A stretch of DNA of 53,660 nt from an uncultured Bacteroidota bacterium (GTDB lineage: Bacteria > Bacteroidota > Bacteroidia > Flavobacteriales > TMED113): NCBI GenBank assembly GCA_902520385.1, contig CABYOB010000004.1:1-53660 (forward strand), given 5' to 3'. The first letter of the stretch is position 1, and each line of letters starts with the position of its first letter. The notes beneath the pieces are model-generated. The model saw only the letters and a list, made by a program, of their open reading frames with translations. It searched no databases and was not told where the DNA came from. Shown piece by piece: positions 19,232-27,669 of this stretch. The position numbers and the translations under genes are program-made.

Positions 19232-21926
19232 TATTCTTGATAAATATATATGTGTTTTTCACCATTTCATACTCATCAATTTCTGGCACAGGCTTTTCAG
19301 AAAGCAAGATTCTCGAATAATGTTCAATTTTGTTTTTTAACGCCTCTATAGATTTAAATGAATCTTCAGGGAGTATTCCCTGTTTTTTTTCGTTTTTTAT
19401 AATTTCATTAAACCCATTTTCAGATTTCAATTTTTCTTTATAATTTTTTAATGTTTGTATTTCATCTTTTTTGAGTTTTCTATGATTTTCTAAATCTTGC
19501 CCATCTTTCTTAACATACAGAATTGGCATGATTAATTCGGTATTTTCTAAATCATATACTTTTTCAATACTATAATAAAATTCAATATCCTCATTGAAAC
19601 ACCCAAATTCTAGAACTTTTTCTAAATATTTTAATGCATTTTCCAAATCCTTATCAAGAAAATAAACAACAGCGCGATTATATGTTAGCATAGGAAATAA
19701 GTTAGTATACTCTTTAGATGACGGATCCCATGACTCCATTTCTTTAATTAGAAAGTCAAAAATTTCCTTGGCTAACTCTTTTTTGCGTCTTAGACAAATA
19801 AAACCGAGGCTGTTCAATGGATTGTCTAAAATGTTATTTCCTTTATTTCTATCAAATATTTTTTTTAAATCTGTAAAATATGCTTCAGGAAGTGTAAAAT
19901 CAAATCCGCGTTCTTTTCTTGTGTAATGGGTAATTAATTTCAAAACGAATTGCTCTATATACTGTTCTTCAAAAAATTTAACTCCAGAGTTTAAGCTTTG
20001 GTTAATTAATTCATCCGTTGTACAAATATTGGATTTAGGAATTTTATAAATTTTAAATGAAAAATTCGGATTTCTTTTATTAAGTGAAGACAAATATTTT
20101 TCTGTTCTTAAAGGATACGAATTATCAAAGTCTATTCCCACTCCTTGAAATGCTTTTTTTAATTCCGGATTTTTCAAATTAATATCATAGATATATAAAT
20201 CCGGATGGTTATCTATAGATTTATGTGAAATTTGACAGGTATATGAAACAAACTGCCATCTAGTTTTCTCTGCAAGTGTCTGAAAATCAATAGTTCCATT
20301 TTTCAGATTTTCAAAAAATTTAAAAAAATCAACAGGGACTTCTTCATCATCATAAAAGCCATCACCATTAAAAACCATGTTTTTGTTTTCTTCTGTAAAT
20401 CTGAATGTAGAAGCGGCGAAATTACAGATTGGCCTATTCGTAATTTCCTTCCAAAGATTTTGAGCTTCTTCACCACTATCTAAATTATACTTAATATGAA
20501 AAGGAGCGTTATATTTTTCCATATATTTTAATCTCAATTCTGCTTGTTCTTTTTTATTTCCTGTATAAACAACTCTATTTGAAAGGTTTTCTTCTTTTTT
20601 TTGAACAGGTGATTCATATCCTATTTTATTTTCCAGGGCAACTGTATTTTCTACACCTACATAATACAGAATATTATTTTTTACTAAATCTGCAATAAAA
20701 TTAGAAAAGGTTATTTTGTCCCAGCTATTTTCATTCGTAAAAAATATTGAATACCATGAAAAAATTTTTCCAAGAGGCGTAAATGGGGAATTAATAATAA
20801 TAAATTGCAACCACTTTCTTTGGTTTTCATCAAAATGTAATATTTTTTCAACTCTTTCAGGATTATGACTAAGTCCATCTGCCACTTCATTTTCATCACT
20901 ACTTATTTGTTCATTTACTACTTTGTCTAGCATGTTTCCGGTAAGTCTCATTTTATAACCATTTTCAGCTCCCTTGTCATACATAATTCGCCCAAGTTTA
21001 ATAATAATATCAATGGAGCCACTTGAGTAGTCATAAATTTCTTGACATACAGATGGCCAATTTTTAAAACATTTTTTATAATCACTTTCTTTCCATTCCA
21101 CCATGTTTAATCTAGCTTCAAAAAATGTTTTCACATCATCTTTGTCATTAAAATAATTTAGATTATATGTTTTAAAATCCCTTCCGACTCCTCCAAAAAT
21201 TTCATGTATTTTATGGTTATCTTTAATCCTTGGCCCGGCAAAAACGAAACCAACGCTATTTTCTTGATCAAGTATAATTCCTCTAATTATTTCTATGATA
21301 TCCTGAGAGTTATAAATATACTCTGCCTCATCAACAAGAAACACAATTTTTTTATCAACATATTCTGAGAATTTTTTTAAGTCTCGATTTATCGTGTTTA
21401 TATTAGGATTACTTTTTTCACCTTTGTGAACATATGCATTAATAAACTCAAAATTTACCTTCACGGGATTTCCGTAATTAGGATTAAATTCCTCCTTTTT
21501 CTTACTATCATCAGAGCCCGTAATGTCTTTATGTATTATTCCTGTCTGCAGTATGTTTTTTGAATCACGAAAGGCTATTCTTTTTTCTCTATGAAGATTT
21601 TTTTCTTCTAACAATTCAGTTAGTAAATCGCAGTATAGTTCTTTGTAAAATTCCCATGCACTTCTAGTAGTGCTTTTTGTTAAAGTTATTTTAATTGAAA
21701 TAAACCCAAGATCTAAACCCCAGTTTTTAATAATATTTATGAAACTAGTTTTTCCAACACCCCGGTCTCCTAATATTAAAAAACCTTTATTCCACTTTGA
21801 TTCATTTTTATTTTTTCTCATATCCTGTTTTATAGACTCTATTTGAGATCTGTGGTTTACTCCGGATATTTGTTCTTCCTTGTTGCTTTGGCGCTCAAAT
21901 GGATTGGGTTTTTCAAAAAAGTGCAT
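19221..21926 (-). CDS. STAND-like P-loop ATPase (901 aa) with C-terminal TPR-like segment
   Basis: NPF N-terminus, Walker A GDRGVGKT (21747-21770), Walker B VFLVDEAE, FVFAG, IYDYSSG helical motif, C-terminal YNRAVVYF...ENALKYLEKVLE. Confidence 0.7.
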   Translation of the reverse strand: MHFFEKPNPFERQSNKEEQISGVNHRSQIESIKQDMRKNKNESKWNKGFLILGDRGVGKTSFINIIKNWGLDLGFISIKITLTKSTTRSAWEFYKELYCDLLTELLEEKNLHREKRIAFRDSKNILQTGIIHKDITGSDDSKKKEEFNPNYGNPVKVNFEFINAYVHKGEKSNPNINTINRDLKKFSEYVDKKIVFLVDEAEYIYNSQDIIEIIRGIILDQENSVGFVFAGPRIKDNHKIHEIFGGVGRDFKTYNLNYFNDKDDVKTFFEARLNMVEWKESDYKKCFKNWPSVCQEIYDYSSGSIDIIIKLGRIMYDKGAENGYKMRLTGNMLDKVVNEQISSDENEVADGLSHNPERVEKILHFDENQRKWLQFIIINSPFTPLGKIFSWYSIFFTNENSWDKITFSNFIADLVKNNILYYVGVENTVALENKIGYESPVQKKEENLSNRVVYTGNKKEQAELRLKYMEKYNAPFHIKYNLDSGEEAQNLWKEITNRPICNFAASTFRFTEENKNMVFNGDGFYDDEEVPVDFFKFFENLKNGTIDFQTLAEKTRWQFVSYTCQISHKSIDNHPDLYIYDINLKNPELKKAFQGVGIDFDNSYPLRTEKYLSSLNKRNPNFSFKIYKIPKSNICTTDELINQSLNSGVKFFEEQYIEQFVLKLITHYTRKERGFDFTLPEAYFTDLKKIFDRNKGNNILDNPLNSLGFICLRRKKELAKEIFDFLIKEMESWDPSSKEYTNLFPMLTYNRAVVYFLDKDLENALKYLEKVLEFGCFNEDIEFYYSIEKVYDLENTELIMPILYVKKDGQDLENHRKLKKDEIQTLKNYKEKLKSENGFNEIIKNEKKQGILPEDSFKSIEALKNKIEHYSRILLSEKPVPEIDEYEMVKNTYIFIKNITK

Positions 21927-21930
21927 AATT

Positions 21931-22686
21931 TTATTTAATTTTTTCCTTTATTTCGTTTAGGAATTGGTTATTATCTTGTTTCCAAAGATTTATGTCTAGT
22001 TGATTTCCTGTAAAAGTTATATTGTTGTAATCTTTAATTAATTTTAAGAATTTATTTGCTTTATCACCTATTGTTTTCCGAAGAATACTTTCTTCGTTAT
22101 TGATTAAATTTATAAATACTGAAATATTTTTTGAAAGTCGAATATTATCTATTACAGTTTTAATTATTCGCAATTCGGCATGTTCAATTTCAATTTGTCG
22201 ATTTAGATAGCTTTCTAAATTGATTATATCGTTATTTATGGTGTTAAAATCTCTTTTTAAAATTTTCAATTCTTTATCAGAAATTATTCTTGAGTGAGCC
22301 ATATTATTTCTAATTGGAGTTATGTTTTCAATTAAAGAGATTAAATTTTTAATTTCACGTAAGTTTATCCCTAAACAATTTTCATTTATTTTATATATTC
22401 TCCCACCTGGACAACAATCTTTAATTAAGTTCTTGAGTTCCCCAAAAGAGAGCATATATATAAGATTAATTTTTTTTGCAGTTTCCCAGTCATTTTTTTT
22501 ACTCCATTTTTCTTTTTCTTCAATATCTTTAATGAGTGTATTTGAAAAAACACCCTGACCACTTTTATCCAAATCCCAATCTTTTCCTAGAATTTTATCA
22601 AATTTCTTAATAAGAAACTCTCTTAGACCTATTTCAAGCTTCAAAACATATTCATATGCTTGGATATTTTTTTTAAAAACACTCAT
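21931..22686 (-). CDS. Swt1-like HEPN-domain protein (putative RNase)
   Basis: LEIGLREFL, LSFGELKNLI and RxxxxH motif RNNMAH (22294-22311). Confidence 0.8.
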   Translation of the reverse strand: MSVFKKNIQAYEYVLKLEIGLREFLIKKFDKILGKDWDLDKSGQGVFSNTLIKDIEEKEKWSKKNDWETAKKINLIYMLSFGELKNLIKDCCPGGRIYKINENCLGINLREIKNLISLIENITPIRNNMAHSRIISDKELKILKRDFNTINNDIINLESYLNRQIEIEHAELRIIKTVIDNIRLSKNISVFINLINNEESILRKTIGDKANKFLKLIKDYNNITFTGNQLDINLWKQDNNQFLNEIKEKIK

Positions 22687-23138
22687 TATTTACATAAATA
22701 ATTAATTATTTCCTTCCAACTTGGAAACGCACTACTGCCAAATTGTATCCATTCCCCTTTAAATTCTTTAGCGCCATTCCATGGGTTATCATCAATTAAA
22801 TAATCTCCAAGTTGTAAGTGTTTATGATGTGATAGGATTAATTTTTTTCTAATATATGCCCCTAAGTTTTTCTCCACCCAAAGTCTTTTATGTGTCCATG
22901 AATCATAGTTATCCCATGATGGAGAGCTTAGAATATATACATCAAATTTTTTTATTAAAATCTCAAGGCTTTCTTTAGCGCCATTGATTAAGTCTAAATT
23001 TTTAAAAATATTAGGTAATAAATCAGGCCTGCCAGGGTATAATTCTTTTTGAGGGTGTTTTTTTGCAGCTTTATTAAAATCACACAAAACCCCATCCATA
23101 TCTACATAAATAATTTTTTTTCGAACGCTGGCTTTCAT
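22686..23138 (-). CDS. HAD-family 5'(3')-deoxyribonucleotidase (NT5C-like)
   Basis: YVDMDGVLCDF, ILSSP, KRLWVEKNLG, K..GDYLIDD, F.GEWIQF. Confidence 0.88.
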   Translation of the reverse strand: MKASVRKKIIYVDMDGVLCDFNKAAKKHPQKELYPGRPDLLPNIFKNLDLINGAKESLEILIKKFDVYILSSPSWDNYDSWTHKRLWVEKNLGAYIRKKLILSHHKHLQLGDYLIDDNPWNGAKEFKGEWIQFGSSAFPSWKEIINYLCK

Positions 23139-24877
23139 TATCTAACCCTAATTTTTATTAAAGATGAATTAATTGTGTTACTTAATGATCTAAATACAGG
23201 TTTTACTTCAATAGAGTCTCCCACATTAACTAAAGTTGCTAACTGACTCATTTCAATTTCTTTAGAGTAAGTTGTTGTTGAGCTTGATGAATCCTTATGT
23301 TTCCAGTTTTCTTCTGTCCAGATTGGTTGTTGGCTTGTTCGATTTGGAAACCCAGTTTTTTCTATTGTAATATCTCCTGAGCTTTTAGCATTTAGAGGCC
23401 ACGCAACTTGAGTTACTCTATGTCCTTCATTAAAATTAGCACAAAATTCTAATTCTATTTTTAAGTACTTTTTTGTTGGGTTACCTTTATTAATTACTGT
23501 AGCACTTTTTGTCAAACAAACAATATTGTCTGGTTTCATCATTAGCCAATTATTAATTGAGTTTTTACATTTAGTATTATTAACAGGGCAAGGGGCAATT
23601 AAAAATAATTGCACAAGTACTTTTCGTATCAACGATAAACTAGAATCATTATGAAATGCTCCAAATTGACCATCCCATTTTATAGGATCAACATACCCAA
23701 TCTCTTGCTCATATAAACTTGAACTAATCGGAAAAGTGTATCCATGATTCATTAGTCTTTTTGTAGCGCATTCAAATACATCTAACATTAATCGAAATAC
23801 TCCTTTTTGTTGTAGAGCCCCTAATCTTTGCCTAGCCTGATCCCAATAATGAGCTGGGTAAACAGAAATTAATGCATTTATATAATTTTCTAAAGTATCT
23901 ATAACATCTTGATTGTTATAATTGTAATCAAGAGTTCCGTTTTCAAACCATTTACAAAGGAAATCATTTGTTAATCTAAATACATCTACAATATCCATTC
24001 TAATTGTGATATCTCGCTCAATCATTGTTACCCTGCCCTCAGGTTGAACATTGGCCCATGGAGAGCTTCCAAGATTTAAACCAGAAGCAATTTCATAAGA
24101 CTTTAATCTAATTCTTCCTTTTCGTGTATTTTGATTATATGTTGGTTTAAGTCGGAATTTAGCTAATAAAAACTCTTTATGTAGTTTACTTAACTGAACT
24201 GCAGCAGAAGTAATTTCGGTAAATATTTTGGCAACTTCAGTCATGGTAAAGCCATCATTTTTACATAACCAAGTTGAAAAAACTTTTTCTTTATGATTGT
24301 TATTTTGGTCAGGAGAATAAGACATTCCTCTTATCCTGTGCTGACCATCAACAATAACAGCTGGTCGGTCACAATAATTACAATTTGGGCAACAATCGGC
24401 ATACCATCCTAATTTATCAGATCCATAAGTTTGTTCAACTGACCAATTACAATTTGGACAGTTTTGAAAACACCAATCAGCGGGATTTAAAGATCCTTCA
24501 AAAGTATCGGCCCTTTCTGAATCAGTTACATTTAAATCTTTAAAAAAAAGCACACTATTGTTTGGGCTAATAGGTCGTCCACTTCCTTTCCACCAGCTAT
24601 TAATTTCAGGGACACGGTCTATATTTAATTTTCTTTGCCAAGGAATATCTTGTTGCAAAAATAAATCAGCCATTTCTTTATTATTTCTATTTCCTATTTC
24701 AGGTGTTCTTGAAATTCTGTCTAATTCTTGAACAGTTAAAGAAATACAACGAATTTTACGCCCGTGCTGATCTATAAACATACCCCACAAATTTATTTCA
24801 TGTTGGTCAGGTTGTTCATATAAATAAATAGGCTCACTAGATGAATTAACAGGAGCTCGCCACTTAATTTTTGTCAT
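23138..24877 (-). CDS. DGQHR-domain (DndB/ParB-like) protein with Zn-ribbon insertion
   Basis: WQRKL, PNN, IVDGQHR (DGQHR at 24335-24349), AKIFTEIT; two CPNC motifs before DGQHR. Confidence 0.8.
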   Translation of the reverse strand: MTKIKWRAPVNSSSEPIYLYEQPDQHEINLWGMFIDQHGRKIRCISLTVQELDRISRTPEIGNRNNKEMADLFLQQDIPWQRKLNIDRVPEINSWWKGSGRPISPNNSVLFFKDLNVTDSERADTFEGSLNPADWCFQNCPNCNWSVEQTYGSDKLGWYADCCPNCNYCDRPAVIVDGQHRIRGMSYSPDQNNNHKEKVFSTWLCKNDGFTMTEVAKIFTEITSAAVQLSKLHKEFLLAKFRLKPTYNQNTRKGRIRLKSYEIASGLNLGSSPWANVQPEGRVTMIERDITIRMDIVDVFRLTNDFLCKWFENGTLDYNYNNQDVIDTLENYINALISVYPAHYWDQARQRLGALQQKGVFRLMLDVFECATKRLMNHGYTFPISSSLYEQEIGYVDPIKWDGQFGAFHNDSSLSLIRKVLVQLFLIAPCPVNNTKCKNSINNWLMMKPDNIVCLTKSATVINKGNPTKKYLKIELEFCANFNEGHRVTQVAWPLNAKSSGDITIEKTGFPNRTSQQPIWTEENWKHKDSSSSTTTYSKEIEMSQLATLVNVGDSIEVKPVFRSLSNTINSSLIKIRVR

Positions 24878-24881
24878 GACA

Positions 24882-25355
24882 TTAAATTAAAAAACATCTT
24901 AAAGCAAGTCCAATTCCTATTGAACCACCTTTAAATGATTGGTTATGTATTTTACAAATTAACAAAGAATTTTCATGCTCATCAAAAAATTTTGACAAAC
25001 TATCGGTGTACGATGATTTTGGTAAGATATGATCTTTTTCTAAACTTCCGATGAAATTACATTCTGGAAATTGACAGGTTCCATGGTTTTTGCCAATTAC
25101 TTTAGCCTTTTTAGATTCATCAAAAAGATTTTTTTTTTGTAAAAAATTTGTATGTTGAGTTATATAAAGATCACAAATATTATGAGCGGATATGTTTTGA
25201 ATATTGAACTTTTTTACAGATTCGAATAATTCATTTCTCATAGATATGTAATCTGAGCTTGTTCTATTGCTCAAAACAGATGCATTATATTTACTTAGCA
25301 CCTTGATGCATTCATAATCTAGTTTGAAACCGTTGACTAATGACTTGAACTCCAT
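24882..25355 (-). CDS. HNH endonuclease with Zn-binding Cys/His
   Basis: CQFPEC ... EKDHILPKS ... NSLLICKIHNQSFKG. Confidence 0.78.
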   Translation of the reverse strand: MEFKSLVNGFKLDYECIKVLSKYNASVLSNRTSSDYISMRNELFESVKKFNIQNISAHNICDLYITQHTNFLQKKNLFDESKKAKVIGKNHGTCQFPECNFIGSLEKDHILPKSSYTDSLSKFFDEHENSLLICKIHNQSFKGGSIGIGLALRCFLI

Positions 25356-26483
25356 TTATATTAGCGTTCCCCTCCTTTGTTGTTCAGCCTCAATAGCTTC
25401 AAAAAGAGCTTTAAAATTTCCTTTACCGAATGATTGAGCTCCTTTTCTTTGAATAATTTCAAAAAATAAGGTTGGTCGATCTTCTACTGGTTTTGTAAAA
25501 ATTTGAAGTAAGTATCCTTCTTCATCCCTATCCACTAAAATGCTTAGGTCTCTTAGTTTAATTATATCTTCATCAATTTCTCCAACTCGATCTAGTACAG
25601 TATCGTAATATGTTTTAGGGACATGTAAAAACTCTACTCCTCTAGCCTGCATTTTCTTCACAGTATCAATAATATTATCTGTTGCAATGGCAATATGTTG
25701 GCACCCGGGACCATTGTAGAATTCTAGGTATTCTTCAATTTGAGATTTTTTTGCACCTTCAGCGGGTTCATTTATAGGGAATTTAATCCTACCATTTCCA
25801 TTAGTCATAACCTTACTCATCAAAGCAGTGTATTGAGTAGATATGTCTTTGTCATCAAATGTAATTAAGTTTGCAAAACCCATTACATCGCGATAAAAAT
25901 CTTCCCAAACATTCATTTCATTCCAACCCACATTACCAACCATGTGGTCTATATACTTTAATCCTATTGGTTCTGGATTGTATGAAGATTCCCATTTTTC
26001 GAATCCAGGGAGAAAAATACCATTGTAATTTTTTCTTTCTACAAAAACATGAACAGTGTCTCCATAAGTATGAATTCCTGATTGAATTACTTCACCATGC
26101 TCATCTTCAATTTTATTTGGATCCATATATGATTTTGCGCCCCTTTTGGTAGTCTCCTCCCAAGCTTTTGTGGCATCATCAACCCAAAGTGCAATAACTT
26201 TAACACCATCGCCATGTTTAGTAATATGTTCTTCAATTACAGTATTGCCAGACATTGGTGTTGTTAGCACAATTCTTATTTTATCTTGAACTAAAACATA
26301 TGATGTTTTAGTTGAATCTCCAGTTTCCAGCCCTGAGTATGCTAATGATTGAAAACCAAATGCAGTTTTATAAAAGTGAGCTGCTTGTTTAGCATTACCC
26401 ACATAAAACTCCACGTAGTCTGTGCCCTTTAAGGGAAGAAAATCTTGTGCTTTAGGAAATATTTTTTTTAAATCTTCGCTCAT
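25356..26483 (-). CDS. hppD: 4-hydroxyphenylpyruvate dioxygenase
   Basis: HGDGVK, DHMVGN, INEPA, KSQIEEYL, QHIA, EIIQRKG..FGKGNFKALF; likely start is the ATG at 26483, overlapping the hmgA stop (TAATG). Confidence 0.96.
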   Translation of the reverse strand: MSEDLKKIFPKAQDFLPLKGTDYVEFYVGNAKQAAHFYKTAFGFQSLAYSGLETGDSTKTSYVLVQDKIRIVLTTPMSGNTVIEEHITKHGDGVKVIALWVDDATKAWEETTKRGAKSYMDPNKIEDEHGEVIQSGIHTYGDTVHVFVERKNYNGIFLPGFEKWESSYNPEPIGLKYIDHMVGNVGWNEMNVWEDFYRDVMGFANLITFDDKDISTQYTALMSKVMTNGNGRIKFPINEPAEGAKKSQIEEYLEFYNGPGCQHIAIATDNIIDTVKKMQARGVEFLHVPKTYYDTVLDRVGEIDEDIIKLRDLSILVDRDEEGYLLQIFTKPVEDRPTLFFEIIQRKGAQSFGKGNFKALFEAIEAEQQRRGTLI

Positions 26484-27640
26484 TATTCTATCCAAGATTT
26501 ATAATATTCTCCATCATCTAAATTCATGGCAGCTTTAGTCAATTTCAGTGGTCTGAAAGTATCTACCATTACAGCTAATTCTTGCGTTTCTTTTTGACCT
26601 ATAGATCTTTCCATGGCTCCTGGATGAGGTCCGTGAGGAATACCCGCGGGGTGTAAACTTATGTATCCTTTTTCAACATGATTTCTACTCATAAAATCTC
26701 CGTCAACATAATATAAAACCTCATCAGAATCTATATTACTATGATTATATGGAGCTGGTATTGAATCAGGGTGATAATCATATAATCTTGGGCAGAAAGA
26801 GCAAACGACAAAAGCGTCTGTTTCAAAAGTTTGATGCACAGGTGGTGGTTGATGTATTCTTCCAGTGATAGGTTCAAAGTCATGAATTGAAAAAGCATAC
26901 GGATAGTTATAACCATCCCAGCCCACAACATCAAAAGGATGAGAGCCATATATAACGTGATGCATCATGCCTTCTTTTTTGATCATCATTAAGAAGTCTC
27001 CTTTTTCATCTTTTGTAATTAAATCTTTTGGCCTTCTTATATCTCTTTCACAATATGGGGAATGTTCTAATAATTGACCAAAGTGATTTCTATACCTTTT
27101 AGGAGTATACATAGGATGAAAAGATTCAACAATAAATAATCTATTATCTTCATCATTAAACTCTATTTGATAAATAATTCCCCTTGGAATTAAAAGGTAA
27201 TCACCATATGAAAAATCTAAATTACCAAGCATTGTTTTTAATGTTCCAGAACCCTTATGAATAAAAATTAATTCATCTGCGTCAGTGTTTTTATAAAAGC
27301 TTTCAGTCATTGATTCACTGGGCGCAGCTAGAGAAATATGGCAATCATTATTTACAAGAATAGGTGTGCGACTTTCTAAATAATTTTTTCCCTTCGGTAA
27401 ATCAAAACCCTTTAATAGTCTCGATTTTATATTATTTTCAACTGCAATTTCAGGTTGCAGATTTTCTTTTTTTAGAACTTCTTTTACTTGTGTTGGTCTT
27501 TGTGTATGATATACAAGTGAAGACATTCCAACAAATCCAATTGTTCCAAATAACTCTTCGTAACGGTGTTTACCAGATTCGGATTTAAACACAGTGTGTC
27601 TTTTATTTGGTATGTCACCTAGTTTGTGATAAAAAGGCAT
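26483..27640 (-). CDS. hmgA: Homogentisate 1,2-dioxygenase
   Basis: HPFDVVGWDG, HQPPPVH, PYNHSNIDSDE, HPAGIPHGP; adjacent to hppD. Confidence 0.93.
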   Translation of the reverse strand: MPFYHKLGDIPNKRHTVFKSESGKHRYEELFGTIGFVGMSSLVYHTQRPTQVKEVLKKENLQPEIAVENNIKSRLLKGFDLPKGKNYLESRTPILVNNDCHISLAAPSESMTESFYKNTDADELIFIHKGSGTLKTMLGNLDFSYGDYLLIPRGIIYQIEFNDEDNRLFIVESFHPMYTPKRYRNHFGQLLEHSPYCERDIRRPKDLITKDEKGDFLMMIKKEGMMHHVIYGSHPFDVVGWDGYNYPYAFSIHDFEPITGRIHQPPPVHQTFETDAFVVCSFCPRLYDYHPDSIPAPYNHSNIDSDEVLYYVDGDFMSRNHVEKGYISLHPAGIPHGPHPGAMERSIGQKETQELAVMVDTFRPLKLTKAAMNLDDGEYYKSWIE

Positions 27641-27669
27641 AGTTTAATTATTATTTGTAAATATAATTA

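Noticed and set aside
21920-21935. Frameshifted single HEPN-ATPase gene
   Set aside because: Clean stop, 4-bp spacer and ATG followed by a typical NPF ATPase start; more consistent with two genes, though reads could confirm
23138-24877. Phosphorothioation (dnd) or dpd modification cluster
   Set aside because: Only the DGQHR domain is present; no DndA/C/D/E, TGT-like or PAPS-reductase-like gene in the window
17270-25355. Prophage, ICE or transposon call for the island
   Set aside because: No integrase, transposase, structural or conjugation gene, and no att or terminal repeats seen
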